NCBI GenBank assembly: GCA_039208735.1
Contig: JBCCQY010000002.1
Span: 111,429 to 175,428, forward strand
Direction: 5' to 3'
Source: Myxococcota bacterium
Lineage (GTDB): Bacteria > Myxococcota_A > UBA796 > GCA-2862545
Length of the DNA stretch: 64,000 nt
The notes under the pieces were generated by a model that was not told the DNA's origin, ran no database searches, and saw nothing but the letters and a program-made list of their open reading frames with translations. How positions within the stretch are numbered: position 1 is the first letter of the stretch; each line of letters starts with the position of its first letter. Position numbers and translations under genes: made by a program. Positions 19,939-30,403 of the stretch are shown here, piece after piece.

Positions 19939-20409
19939 GTGAACGCCTTGACCCAGCTCCTGTCTCGCATCCTGGACCTTCGCTTCGCCGTAGGCGGCGC
20001 CGTCTTCATGGGCGGCCTCGTCTTCGCGGTCAATGCCTCCTACGGCACCGGGCCCGCACTGGTCGCCGCCGCCAAGCAAGCCTCCTACACCTTCTTCTTT
20101 GCGGGGTTCGTGATGCGCTGGTGCGAGCACCTGGCCACGTCCGTGGAGCCCCGCAGCCTGGCCGTCGCAACGGCGACGCTGCTGCCTTCGGTGCTCGCGG
20201 TCTCCCTGACGTTTGGCATCCACAACCTCCGAGGCACGCCCGATCCCGTCGCCTCGACCCTCCCGACCTTGTTCTTTGGCCCCCCTTCGTTCTTTGTCTG
20301 GGCTCTACGAAGGTCCGCGCCTCAATCCTCGGGCCAGTACCAGGACTCAAATGGCGACGACAGCTCATCGATGAGCACCCGCGCTTCGCCGAGTGGCTCG
20401 AAACGCTGA
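19939..20409 (+). CDS. Small membrane protein
   Basis: About 4 hydrophobic segments, co-directional with the ECF operon. 3' end overlaps the convergent gene. Confidence 0.65.
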   Translation: MNALTQLLSRILDLRFAVGGAVFMGGLVFAVNASYGTGPALVAAAKQASYTFFFAGFVMRWCEHLATSVEPRSLAVATATLLPSVLAVSLTFGIHNLRGTPDPVASTLPTLFFGPPSFFVWALRRSAPQSSGQYQDSNGDDSSSMSTRASPSGSKR

Positions 20410-21407
20410 TCCCCAACCGCGCCGGATTCGCCCGTGGCGGGCAGCGTAATGTTCGTGGGGAACCTGGCTTCGATGACCCGTCCCCGACCGACACCAAACG
20501 AGCGCGGGCTGCTGTCGGCAAGGAACATCCGGTCGTCCTCGAGCAGCTCAACCCCCCGTAGGAACACAAAGGGGGCCACATCGTCCCCCGGGATGAGATC
20601 GGCCACGTAGGTAGGGGCAACCGTAGGATCGCTCGTCACGGCCAGCCCCACCGTGCCGACCACCCCGGCTCCTCCAGTATGGGCCCACAAAAGCCACCAA
20701 TCCCCCCCCCGCCGCCGCAGGATCGGCCCGTGAGGGGTATCGACCGAGCCGCTCGGCGGAAATCGCCATAGAAACTCGGGCTCTTCCGTGGTCGTGATGT
20801 CCCACATCGTGATGCGGCCGTTGCTCGGACGATGCGACACCAACAATAGCGTCCGGTCGCCGAGGTCGATGCGCTCTGCACCATTGGGCGTGTTCGGAAA
20901 CTCGGGATGATCGCTGGTCAGCGTCCGAATGCGTTCGTCGGAACTTCCATCTCCAGCGATCCACTCGATCGCATTGGAGAACGTCGAGACCACGAGCAGC
21001 GACCCATCCGCCGGATCTCGAATGACATCGTGGGGAAATCCAAATCCATCCACCCGAAAGTCGAGGGTTCCGTCTGCCGCGATCCGGGCGATCGCGCCAG
21101 GCCGACGGCCGCCCAATGTCTCCGAGGTGGTGAATGAAAGCAGCAACCCATCGCCGTCGGGGCTGCCCCCTTCCCCCCCGCAAGTCTCGCAAAACCCCAC
21201 GAGGTTGGTCCAGGTGGGGTCGGCCACCACCGTGCCATCCACCCGTGCGAACACCACCCGATCTCCCTCTGGAATCACCAGCACGTCTCTTGGGAGTCCT
21301 CCATCCAGCGGCTGCGTGGAGGGCGGAGGTTCCCCAGTTTCACCTGTCGTCATCGAGTCTGCGGGAGCACATCCCGCTAGCGTCAGCCACCAAAGGCGCG
21401 CGACCAT
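20322..21407 (-). CDS. Lipoprotein, probable beta-propeller
   Basis: Lipobox TLAGC. FPHDV, PNGAE and TPHGP blade-like repeats. Confidence 0.7.
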   Translation of the reverse strand: MVARLWWLTLAGCAPADSMTTGETGEPPPSTQPLDGGLPRDVLVIPEGDRVVFARVDGTVVADPTWTNLVGFCETCGGEGGSPDGDGLLLSFTTSETLGGRRPGAIARIAADGTLDFRVDGFGFPHDVIRDPADGSLLVVSTFSNAIEWIAGDGSSDERIRTLTSDHPEFPNTPNGAERIDLGDRTLLLVSHRPSNGRITMWDITTTEEPEFLWRFPPSGSVDTPHGPILRRRGGDWWLLWAHTGGAGVVGTVGLAVTSDPTVAPTYVADLIPGDDVAPFVFLRGVELLEDDRMFLADSSPRSFGVGRGRVIEARFPTNITLPATGESGAVGDQRFEPLGEARVLIDELSSPFESWYWPED

Positions 21408-21524
21408 CCATCGCTCCCGAGTTGCCTCAACATGCCTTGCCCCGTGCTTAACGTCAGCCCCTTCGGTTGTGGGTTGCCGTTGGCGCAAGGGCTCGGCATG
21501 ATGACGTTCGGTGTTGGAGGGACG

Positions 21525-21998
21525 TTGAAGGCTTGGCTTGTGCTCGGATTGTTGTCCGTAGGGGCGTGCGGATTCCCGTCACCCTGGAAAAATGCGGAAC
21601 CCACTGGAACCACGATCGAAGGTTGGATGCGTACAACGCTCGACCATCCGCACCCCGGCGCAGGATGGTTTCGCGTAGATGACCTGGAGGCCTATGACTT
21701 CAGTCAGGCCAGCCTCAAGTCCGTACGACGTGCCAAAGACGACGTGGTCGTCCTCCAAATCGGTCGTGTGGACACCGAGGGCACCACGGTGCTCGAGTTT
21801 GACATTGCCCTGGGGGCCTGGGTCGCGGGGGCGGTCCCGGTCGACGGCGTGTCAGCGATTGGCGAACTTCGCAGACCCGATGGGACCCAGCAGTTTGTAT
21901 TGGGCGGCTCGCTGGACGTGCGCGCGGCGGGGGTGGCCGAAGGCGACCTCATCGAAGTGTCGTTCGTCGACCTGACGCTCGCTCGGGTGCAGCCATGA
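21525..21998 (+). CDS. Hypothetical lipoprotein
   Basis: TTG after GGAGGG, lipobox VGAC, stop overlaps the next ATG. Confidence 0.65.
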   Translation: MKAWLVLGLLSVGACGFPSPWKNAEPTGTTIEGWMRTTLDHPHPGAGWFRVDDLEAYDFSQASLKSVRRAKDDVVVLQIGRVDTEGTTVLEFDIALGAWVAGAVPVDGVSAIGELRRPDGTQQFVLGGSLDVRAAGVAEGDLIEVSFVDLTLARVQP

Positions 21999-23035
21999 TC
22001 GGCCTCCTTGCTACCTTAGCCGGGGCGCAGACGCCCCCCGACGCCTTTGGGCGCTTCGACGTCGAAAATCTCACGATCGTGCGTCCCGTTGGAGCCGCCT
22101 TCGAGGGCGGGTTTGACAACTCGGACCCCAATGACGAATCGGCCTTTGATCGCACCGTGGTGCGTGCACTTGAAGGTCGGGCGACCGACTACGACTTCGT
22201 GATGGTGTTCATCGGGCAAGGCCTCCCACGACAGATCGCCGGCGCGTTCGCGTTCAACGAAACCCACAACCGAGACCTCATGGGCGTGGGCTCCGTTCGC
22301 CTGGCCGACGAACGGTTTTCGGTTCGCAGTGCATTGTACATGAATCGAACGACGTCGTTCACCACACTGGATCCTGTGCGAAGCCAGTGGGTGTTCAATC
22401 ACGAGATCGGCCACCACTGGCTTGCCTACCCCTGGATCGACCTCGGTGAAGGCCGCAGCGATGTCCTGCTCGGTCGACAGCGCGCCCATTGGACGTATTT
22501 CTTGCATACGGGCAATGCTCCAATGGAGGGCAACGACTGGATCGACAACGGCGACGGGACGTTTACGACCAACCCCTCATCGGGACAAGGCGGCTACAGC
22601 GACCTCGAACTGTACACGATGGGGCTGCTCCGGGCGGACGAGGTTGCGCCCTTCTTTCTCATCGAACCCGATGACCCCGGCAATCGGACGCGGACGTCCG
22701 CGCCGGACCATTGGCTCGAGATTGCCCCGTTTACGGTTTCTGGCCAGCGCATCGATCTGACGATCGACGATTTGATTGCCACGAATGGCCCCGTCAGCCC
22801 GGGCCCAGACACCTCACAGAAGGACTTTCGATTCCTCACGGTGCTCGTCGTGGGACCCTTCGAAGACATCGATAGTGGCGATTTGACAAGGGTTAGTGAA
22901 CTCCAAACCCAGTGGGCCGAGGGCTTTGCCACCGCAACCCGCAACCTCGCCCGGGTGTCGTTCGACATGCCGGATGAAAAGCTGACGCTCGCCTCGATCG
23001 ATGCCCCCGCTTGGATTCCGGAGGCTGCCCGATGA
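21995..23035 (+). CDS. Secreted zinc metallopeptidase-like protein
   Basis: Short signal peptide, FNHEIGHHW (HExxH), downstream AHW, YSDLELYTMGL. Confidence 0.75.
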   Translation: MIGLLATLAGAQTPPDAFGRFDVENLTIVRPVGAAFEGGFDNSDPNDESAFDRTVVRALEGRATDYDFVMVFIGQGLPRQIAGAFAFNETHNRDLMGVGSVRLADERFSVRSALYMNRTTSFTTLDPVRSQWVFNHEIGHHWLAYPWIDLGEGRSDVLLGRQRAHWTYFLHTGNAPMEGNDWIDNGDGTFTTNPSSGQGGYSDLELYTMGLLRADEVAPFFLIEPDDPGNRTRTSAPDHWLEIAPFTVSGQRIDLTIDDLIATNGPVSPGPDTSQKDFRFLTVLVVGPFEDIDSGDLTRVSELQTQWAEGFATATRNLARVSFDMPDEKLTLASIDAPAWIPEAAR

Positions 23036-24960
23036 TCGTGTTGACCTGGCTTGCCTGCACGTCGGGCACCATCGTGACCACCGAGCTTCCTGAAGGCCGC
23101 GTGGGCGACGTTTATTCGGCCGCGATCGAGGCCGACAAGCGCCGCAAGTGGGTGTTTACGGCCGAAGGACTCCCCCCCGGCCTCATCCTCAATCCATCGT
23201 CGGGCATCCTCTCGGGAGTGCCTGAAGAACGCGCTGAAACCACCTTCACGGTGCAGGTGGCCACGCCGAACGGCAACCTCAAAGGCGAGCAGGATCTGAC
23301 GCTCAACGTGCTGGGTCCTCGCAATCCGAACTGTGGGCGAACGTTCACCGGCGACTTCTCGGCGGCGAGCCCATTCGGCGACATCGCTTGGGATCTGGAC
23401 AGCTGGAAACTCCTCGAACTGCCGTTGCCGGGCGAAGAGGTCGAAGAGATCTCGTTCGAAACCACAGGATCCATTCAGCTGTACGCGGGACTTCCGGGGA
23501 TCGACGTCGTGGCTGGAGAAGCCACGCCGTTCGTGGACGTTTGGGGCCTCGACTTTGGGGAAAACCGTATTGGATGGAACACCCTTCCCCATCTGGGTGC
23601 GCTGCAGGCCTCAGGACGCCCATTGCAGCTATTGGTCGTCGCGTTTGGCGTTGGCGAGTGGTCGATCGAGACCGCCTGCCGTGCATCACCGGTGCTCGAA
23701 AGCACGGGGATCGGATCCTTCCCCGTCGGACAACGGGCCCAGGGCTCCTTCCGGGCCACGAAGTACGACGAAGAGATCGTCGTCGAGGCGCTCGATCCGG
23801 TCCCCGAAGGCCTCGAGCTGTTCGAAAGTGGTGGATTTGACGGCATTGCGGAGGAAGCTGGGCTTCACCGCTTCAACATTCGCCTGACCCGCACCACTAC
23901 CGGCGCGCAGACGGTCGCTGAGGTGGCCATCGGTGTCTACGAGCCCATCACCCCCGAATGCGGCGAGACGGTGCGCTTCGAAACCACGTCAGGCCGCTTT
24001 GCCCTCGACGCCTTCCCAGAAGCTGTCAATGTCGATGGTTTCAGCGTGGTGGAGGTTCCCTGGGCCGACCACACCGGCCTTCGCTTCGACCTTCTGCTCG
24101 ACGATCCCAAGCAGGCCGACTCGGCTGACGTTCGCATCATCGAGCCAGAGGCGCGGACCGTCGGTGACTCCTTGTTTGGGCCCTGGACCGACGTGGTGCA
24201 AAGCAGCCCCCAGACCTGGCCCCCAGCGAGCTTCTACCAAGTGTACCCGCGGTTCCGCCTGGCGATCAGCGATTTTCTTTCTGTCGCTGGCGAATTGACC
24301 CTCACCTGCGAAGATGGGCCGCTGCCCGCTGAGACGCAGCTGCCCTTGTTGGCCGCTGGATCCCCTTTCGAGACGTCGCTCGAAGCGGTCGGGGGGACAC
24401 CTCCCTATTTGTGGTCGGCGGCGGGGTTGCCGAAGACCGTGACGCTCGACGGGGACGGAACGTTGAGGTCGAACGGTGAGGACTTTGGTTCCGCCATGAT
24501 CGACGTCACCCTCGAAGACGCCATGGGTCGCATGACGACCACTCCACTTACGCTGTGGTCGTCGGTCGAGGCCGCCTGCGACCGTGTGATTTCCTGTGGA
24601 GCGACCCAGACGTTCGAGGTGGCGAGTTCCTCCCCTCAAGTCGTCTGCGTACCTCCCGAGGATGTGCTGGCATCGGACTGGGTTTCGTACGACGTCCGCT
24701 ACGATGGCTTTGGCGAACCAGGGTTGCTCGAGCCGGGCAACTTCAACCCCAGCGAAACCCTCGCGCGATTCACAGCGTACCAGGGCGTATTGGCCGCTAC
24801 GCGAGGCACGGGGGGCACCACGTTTGCCCTCGAACGCTACGACAACCGAACCTGGCCACTGGTGGCCACTCAGGGTTCGGGCATCGACAAATGGACGGTG
24901 TGTGCCCAGTGCGGCACGGGACTCACGCCGAGCAACGACGAGTTGTCCTGCGCGGACTGA
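23032..24960 (+). CDS. Lipoprotein with putative Ig (He_PIG-type) domains
   Basis: WLAC lipobox. GLPPGLILNPSSGILSGVP and GGTPPYLWSAAGLP Ig repeats. Confidence 0.8.
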   Translation: MIVLTWLACTSGTIVTTELPEGRVGDVYSAAIEADKRRKWVFTAEGLPPGLILNPSSGILSGVPEERAETTFTVQVATPNGNLKGEQDLTLNVLGPRNPNCGRTFTGDFSAASPFGDIAWDLDSWKLLELPLPGEEVEEISFETTGSIQLYAGLPGIDVVAGEATPFVDVWGLDFGENRIGWNTLPHLGALQASGRPLQLLVVAFGVGEWSIETACRASPVLESTGIGSFPVGQRAQGSFRATKYDEEIVVEALDPVPEGLELFESGGFDGIAEEAGLHRFNIRLTRTTTGAQTVAEVAIGVYEPITPECGETVRFETTSGRFALDAFPEAVNVDGFSVVEVPWADHTGLRFDLLLDDPKQADSADVRIIEPEARTVGDSLFGPWTDVVQSSPQTWPPASFYQVYPRFRLAISDFLSVAGELTLTCEDGPLPAETQLPLLAAGSPFETSLEAVGGTPPYLWSAAGLPKTVTLDGDGTLRSNGEDFGSAMIDVTLEDAMGRMTTTPLTLWSSVEAACDRVISCGATQTFEVASSSPQVVCVPPEDVLASDWVSYDVRYDGFGEPGLLEPGNFNPSETLARFTAYQGVLAATRGTGGTTFALERYDNRTWPLVATQGSGIDKWTVCAQCGTGLTPSNDELSCAD

Positions 24961-24963
24961 CCC

Positions 24964-26499
24964 CTACCCGTCGTCACCACACGGGTGGATGGGTTGGGGC
25001 GAGCAACTAAACAGGGAATCGACGTACCGGAGTTCGTCGGCAAGGGTGTCGTCGACGTCGAAACAGCCCCCGCTGAATACCTGGGGGCCTTCGGCGTAGG
25101 CGGCTCGGTAAACGCGGTCTCGAGCGCCGGTTCGATGCACCGCGGCCACGGTCTCTGAAAACGCAGGGCCTCCACCAAGCACCGTAAAGTTGGCGATTCG
25201 GGCTGCCGTCACCGGAGACGCCACATAGTTGTCAGGGTTGCTGTCGCTTTCGAGACCCCGCTGACCGCCAAACGTTCCGAATCTCACCAATGCCCACTGA
25301 ATCTGCCCGGTAAACCCGAATTCAAGGTCAATTCCATCGTCTCGGGGTCCGTTGCACACGAGGTGGCTCACCTTGGGCGCCCCGCCAAACGCCCGGAGGC
25401 AGTCCCCGTCTGAGCCCAGCATCTGAACGTAGTCGATGGTGGTGGCCGAACCGACGGCCTCGAGGGTGAGCGCGTCCAGGCGGGTCTGCGCTTGTGCCAA
25501 CGCGCCCGCTTCTGCAATGACGACGTAGTTCAAAAAACCGCTGCTTCCCTCGTTGGTGCCTCCCCCAAAGAAGCGCGGCTGAAACGCCGCCGTCGAGGGG
25601 CTCTGCGCCTCACCGTAGTCACTTCCCACGCTCGTGTTGAGTTCGCCTCGGCCCGACAACACCAAACCGCCCCACAGCCCTCGGGAGGACAGATTGGTCG
25701 GATCACCAAAGATCAGGTTGTACGTGGTCGTCGGGTAGGCTTCGAGGGCCCCCATCACGATGGGCTGCTGTGCGGTTCCCCGAGCCTGAATGCGAGAACC
25801 TCGGGTGATCACCAGGGCGGCCAGCGTCCCTGACGTCCCGTAGATCTGCGTCCCGGCCTCGATGGCCAGGTTCACGCGAGGAGGGAGCGGTCCGCCACCC
25901 AGTGGCCGGTCCCCCGTGCCCACACGAATCGACCCACCCAACAGGTAGACGTGGTCATTGGTGAGTTCGGTGTCGCTCAAGATGGTTTCCGTGATCGCAC
26001 ACACGGGAAACGACGCACCAAAGACGTCGACTTCGCCAGCGTCGGTGAAGCCCATGGGGCCACAACGGCTCGTCGAAGCCGGAACGATGACCCCGTCGCG
26101 GATTTCACGTTCGAGAGGGTGGAAGAAGCCACCGGGAAACCCACCATCGACGGAGCCACGGTAGGTCCATTCCCCCCACCAGGCTGGTCCCTCGGGATCG
26201 ACCGCACCGTAGTAGTCGTTGCGAGCAAACCCTGATGGCAGGGCCGTGCTCGGCGGAGGAGCGTCGCTTAGCACCGCATACGTCCCAGGGTTCACCGACA
26301 CCTTGGGCGTGAGGTACTCGATCTGCCCCTGATCGACCGCCTCCTGCTGAAGGCAGAGCGGAGGCGGTGGCGACGTGTCGTCGGGCGAGGTGTCGGTGGT
26401 GGTGGCTGGGGGCGTGCCGATCAAGTCGAAAAAGAAGATGCAACCTGGCAGCGCGAGGGATGCGGCGACCCCAAGGATCAGGGGTCTTGCGATGCGCAT
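24964..26499 (-). CDS. Lipoprotein with parallel beta-helix-like domain
   Basis: LPGC lipobox. LVITRGSRIQARGTAQQPIV, GLWGGLVLSG, DDGIDLEFGFTG motifs. GGAGGA RBS. Confidence 0.78.
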   Translation of the reverse strand: MRIARPLILGVAASLALPGCIFFFDLIGTPPATTTDTSPDDTSPPPPLCLQQEAVDQGQIEYLTPKVSVNPGTYAVLSDAPPPSTALPSGFARNDYYGAVDPEGPAWWGEWTYRGSVDGGFPGGFFHPLEREIRDGVIVPASTSRCGPMGFTDAGEVDVFGASFPVCAITETILSDTELTNDHVYLLGGSIRVGTGDRPLGGGPLPPRVNLAIEAGTQIYGTSGTLAALVITRGSRIQARGTAQQPIVMGALEAYPTTTYNLIFGDPTNLSSRGLWGGLVLSGRGELNTSVGSDYGEAQSPSTAAFQPRFFGGGTNEGSSGFLNYVVIAEAGALAQAQTRLDALTLEAVGSATTIDYVQMLGSDGDCLRAFGGAPKVSHLVCNGPRDDGIDLEFGFTGQIQWALVRFGTFGGQRGLESDSNPDNYVASPVTAARIANFTVLGGGPAFSETVAAVHRTGARDRVYRAAYAEGPQVFSGGCFDVDDTLADELRYVDSLFSCSPQPIHPCGDDG

Positions 26500-26616
26500 G
26501 GGTCCTCCAACGGTCCGCATGGGGTTGACGATAGGGCAACGAAACGCGACCCGCTGCACCGGGGTTGTCGGGTGCACGACGGCGTAGCCAAATTAACGGT
26601 CTACATCGGAGTCTCG

Positions 26617-27363
26617 ATGACCCGCTATGACACGATTGGTGACCGCTACAGCGCACGGCGAAGAGAAGATCCGCAGATCCGAGCGCGCATCCACGAAGCC
26701 CTGGGCAACGCGCGCACCGTTGTCAATGTCGGAGCCGGCGCAGGGTCCTACGAGCCCCAAGACCGCACCGTATTCGCCGTCGAACCGAGCCATGTCATGG
26801 CCGAACAACGCGCGCCGGATCGACCGGCCCTCCGGGGAACCGCCACGGCTCTGCCGTTCTTTGACGGGTCCCTCGACGCCGCGATGACCGTGTTGTCGCT
26901 GCACCACTGGGACCCTGACCAGGAAGCGGGGGTGCGCGAGATGGCCAGGGTCGCTCGGGACACGATCGTCATCTTGACGATCGATGCCGAGGTTTCCGGT
27001 CGCATGTGGCTCATGGCGGACTACTTTCCCGAGGTTCGAAACCGTGACTTCGCGATCTTTCCCCCACCCGAGCAAATCGCGGCGTGGACCGGTCGCCGGG
27101 CCACGATCGAGACCATCCCGGTTTCGAGGACGACGCCCGACCACTCCCTGGCATCGTTCTGGGCGCACCCTGAGCGGGTCCTCGATCCGCTGGCACGGCA
27201 AGTCACCTCGGGATTCGCTCGCGAACCTCAGGCCGTGATCGACCGAGTGGTCGCGGCGGTCCGGACCGACCTCGAGTCGGGGGCGTGGGACGCTCGCCAC
27301 GGGGCCCTCCGCCACCTCGAAGAAGCGGATGCGGGCCTGCGGCTCATCGTCGCGAAGTCGTAG
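26617..27363 (+). CDS. Class I SAM-dependent methyltransferase
   Basis: VVNVGAGAGSYEP, AVEPS..M, LPFFDGSLDAAM..LSLHHW. Confidence 0.9.
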   Translation: MTRYDTIGDRYSARRREDPQIRARIHEALGNARTVVNVGAGAGSYEPQDRTVFAVEPSHVMAEQRAPDRPALRGTATALPFFDGSLDAAMTVLSLHHWDPDQEAGVREMARVARDTIVILTIDAEVSGRMWLMADYFPEVRNRDFAIFPPPEQIAAWTGRRATIETIPVSRTTPDHSLASFWAHPERVLDPLARQVTSGFAREPQAVIDRVVAAVRTDLESGAWDARHGALRHLEEADAGLRLIVAKS

Positions 27364-27365
27364 GG

Positions 27366-29018
27366 TCAGAACAACGCGACATTCAGGAAGAATGGTGTCA
27401 ATCCGTTCTGGCTGTCCATCACCAGGTACAGCGTCTCGTCTTTGGGCGAGAGGTTTGTGTAGGTGAGGGCCTCGGTCGCGTTGATGGACAGATCAGCCCC
27501 CGAAACACAGGTAAATGCATCGTTGCAGTTCGAAAGCAGGTAGAGGGATGGATTCGACCCCGGGGCCTCGACCGACACGGACAAGGTGGCCCCCGCGGGC
27601 ACCACCACCGGCGCCATGGCCTCACCGCCGGGTGCGGCGGCTCCCGTACAGCCGCCTCCGCCGGGATTGAGGTCGCCTGCGTAGGCAGTGAAGGCGGCGT
27701 AGTAGTTGCCTGGCGTGAGCAGGGCGCCGCTGTCGATCGACTGGCACGTGTCGAAGAGTTCCGGGGCTGGCAGGACGTCCAACGTCACATCGATCGTGAG
27801 GTGGCTCGGCTCTGCGAGGCCCTCGGTATCGGTGATCAGATAGATACTTTGCGTGCGATCGCTAAAGTTGAAGTACTCGGCGAACTCGGGCGCGTTCAGT
27901 CCCCCGACGTTCGACGTGGCCACGCACGGCCCACAGCTACCGTCCAGCGGGGCTTCCGTGAGGGTCAGCACGGCCGAATCCCCGTAGGCGGTCGCCTCCA
28001 CGGTGAGCCGAGCCCGGGGCGGAACCTCGATCCGCTGCACCACGTCGCGACCGACCTGCTCCACCGGGCACGACAGCGAGACGTCGTTCGTGGCGTCCGC
28101 CAAATCGACCCAGTGGTCTCCAGCCGCCAACGGAGCCAAGCCCCCCGCGAACTCGCAATCCGCGGCCGCGCGCGCTTCGTCTCGAGCCCCCACTTCGAGG
28201 TAGCGGGCTCGAAAGGGCGATTCGCTCACCGCAATGAGGTCAACCACATGACCAAACTCAACGATCTCGCTTCGATACCATCGACGCAGATTCAGATCGA
28301 TTTCGGCCTCAAAACCGGGCGAGGGCAACCCTCCAAGGGCAAACAGTCCGTCGTCCTTCAATCGATACTGACGTGAAAATACGGGAATCGCCGAGTCGTG
28401 CACCACGTCGAGCGTCACGTATTCCGCTCCTGTCGGCACCCACTCGATGATCAGCGCATCGCGATTGGTCATCTGCACTTCCGATCCCGAGCGCGGATCG
28501 ACCGACTGGATGTGGGACCCCACAAAGAGATCCTGCTCGCTGGAGTAGGGAGGCCAAGCCCCCGCCCATGTCAGGCCAATCCACCGATTCTCTGGGACCG
28601 ACGCAAGCATCGAGTCGGCGTACCAGAGTTCTTGGGTCTCGGGGTCCTCGACCAGGGGCAACTCGCTGTCGCCAAAGCTCACCGTCTGGCCGAGGTAGCG
28701 CGTATCGTACGGCCCCAGGTTCAAGTTGCCATTGAGCGGCACAAAGTCACCGTCGAATGCGGCGGGTTCGGGAAGACATGGTTCGCCGAACGCCCGACAC
28801 AGTGCCAAAGTCGCAATACCGGGGCTGGTCCCGACCCCAATGGCCGCCGCCTGCGAAACGCCTGTGGTCTCGTTCGTGAGCAGCATGAATGAGCCGTAGT
28901 CCCCAGGAAGAAACTGGGTCTCAAGACCTGAGTCAGTGGCTTCAGTCGGCTCGACGCCCGGCGCGGGAGGCGTTGAGGAGCAGCCCCCTAAGAGGACAAG
29001 GATCGACAGCACATTCAC
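27366..29018 (-). CDS. Lipoprotein with C-terminal Cys-containing PPC-like beta domains
   Basis: LGGC lipobox. Two repeated domains ending in YLITD and YLVMD. Confidence 0.72.
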   Translation of the reverse strand: MNVLSILVLLGGCSSTPPAPGVEPTEATDSGLETQFLPGDYGSFMLLTNETTGVSQAAAIGVGTSPGIATLALCRAFGEPCLPEPAAFDGDFVPLNGNLNLGPYDTRYLGQTVSFGDSELPLVEDPETQELWYADSMLASVPENRWIGLTWAGAWPPYSSEQDLFVGSHIQSVDPRSGSEVQMTNRDALIIEWVPTGAEYVTLDVVHDSAIPVFSRQYRLKDDGLFALGGLPSPGFEAEIDLNLRRWYRSEIVEFGHVVDLIAVSESPFRARYLEVGARDEARAAADCEFAGGLAPLAAGDHWVDLADATNDVSLSCPVEQVGRDVVQRIEVPPRARLTVEATAYGDSAVLTLTEAPLDGSCGPCVATSNVGGLNAPEFAEYFNFSDRTQSIYLITDTEGLAEPSHLTIDVTLDVLPAPELFDTCQSIDSGALLTPGNYYAAFTAYAGDLNPGGGGCTGAAAPGGEAMAPVVVPAGATLSVSVEAPGSNPSLYLLSNCNDAFTCVSGADLSINATEALTYTNLSPKDETLYLVMDSQNGLTPFFLNVALF

Positions 29019-29111
29019 CTCAGTGGCACACGGTCGCGCCGTCCATCTATGCCCGCCGCTGCGGCACGCCGTCATCGAATCGCGCTATGGTGGGTCCGCA
29101 AAGGCAAGACG

Positions 29112-29711
29112 ATGGCAGCGCGTAAGCCTCCAAACCAGCCTGAGATCGACCCCGACACGCTCAGCACCCTGGTCGACGAGCCGGCTCCCGATTTCCTTGA
29201 GGACTACGAAGAAGCGGACACCAAGCCTGGGACGTTGCCGCGTTCCCTTGCTCCACCGGCCGGGTCCGGCGGTGGGTTCGAGGAAGCGGAAACCGACGCC
29301 CAACCGCTCGGTCTCCTCGATGGCGCTTGGCCAGATGAATCGCCGTCTCCCGATCCGTTCGGCGAGGCGGAGACCGAGGCTCGCCCCCTGAAATCGAGGT
29401 TTGAAGAGATCGCCACCAAAGCACGACCCCGGCCCACGCTGAAAGTGGACTCCTTGGTCCCGCCTGCGCTACTGCGCAAGGGCGACGCGGAGGCCACCAT
29501 TCGGGTTCCTTCGGAGCCGCCCGAGGCCGTGCGGAGCTTGCGAGCCGCGGAGAGACCAGACTCCACAGGCCTGACGAGCAAGGTGCCTCGACGCGCCAAG
29601 GTCGATCCCGAACAGGCCTTAGGCTTCATGACGGTGGGACTCGTCGTGGGACTCGGACTATCCGCCCTCATCGGAACCATTATTGTCAGCTGGCTTTTCG
29701 CCTCTCAGTAA
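29112..29711 (+). CDS. Hypothetical Pro/Glu-rich protein with C-terminal TM anchor
   Basis: Low-complexity body and a single C-terminal hydrophobic helix. Confidence 0.6.
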   Translation: MAARKPPNQPEIDPDTLSTLVDEPAPDFLEDYEEADTKPGTLPRSLAPPAGSGGGFEEAETDAQPLGLLDGAWPDESPSPDPFGEAETEARPLKSRFEEIATKARPRPTLKVDSLVPPALLRKGDAEATIRVPSEPPEAVRSLRAAERPDSTGLTSKVPRRAKVDPEQALGFMTVGLVVGLGLSALIGTIIVSWLFASQ

Positions 29712-29759
29712 ATCTTGATCCACGCCAATTCGCCGGAACATTGGGCTGGAGGCCACATC

Positions 29760-30332
29760 TCAGAGGGTCGGAGCCCAGCCGGCCGCTCCCCCTTCGAGCT
29801 GGTGGAAGAAGTGGTAGACACTGCAGAACGAGTCACCGGGTCCATAGAACCCTTTGCCCGTTCGACGTAGACCCTGCTCCGTCTTCCGGTAGGTCGCAAA
29901 GCCGGGCATGAGTTCGGTGAACGTGGACCCATCGTGCTTGGCAAATCCCTCGTTCACGGCGAATCGAGTTTGACCGTGACTCACCATGGGAAACTGCCAC
30001 CCGCGCTGGGCGGCAAACGCCCGTTGGGTGGCCGGATCCTCTGGGCTAATCACCACAAAGGCGGCCCGACGGACGAGGTGTGGGTAGACCCCGTTGACCT
30101 CGTCGGCCCACAGGGTGCAGTACGCACAGCTCTGGCCCATGTTGAAGGACAGGATGAGGTCCTCGTGCTCGCCGAACAATTCCGACAGGCGAACATCACC
30201 ATCCGGCCCCTGCAGTACCACATCGTCGACCGGACCATCGGCCAATTCACGTTGCAAGGACGCCATTTCGGCTTGGGTCGCATGGAGCTGTTCGTGGAGT
30301 TCTCGCAGACGCTCAAATCGGGGATCGGTCAC
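29760..30332 (-). CDS. DUF899 family thioredoxin-like protein
   Basis: LSELFG..EDLI, MGQSCAYCTLWAD, RGWQFPMVS, GPGDSFC. Strong RBS. Confidence 0.85.
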   Translation of the reverse strand: MTDPRFERLRELHEQLHATQAEMASLQRELADGPVDDVVLQGPDGDVRLSELFGEHEDLILSFNMGQSCAYCTLWADEVNGVYPHLVRRAAFVVISPEDPATQRAFAAQRGWQFPMVSHGQTRFAVNEGFAKHDGSTFTELMPGFATYRKTEQGLRRTGKGFYGPGDSFCSVYHFFHQLEGGAAGWAPTL

Positions 30333-30403
30333 GCGTCCTCCTTTCCTCCTGGCTAACCGGCCTGTCGTAGACCCACGCCCCCACGGTCAGGCATCATCAG
30401 GCC

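Noticed and set aside
20322..20409. 88-nt convergent gene overlap (smaller ones at 33194-33239 and 52384-52403)
   Set aside because: 3' overlaps from stop-codon drift are common in GC-rich genomes, with no evidence of function.
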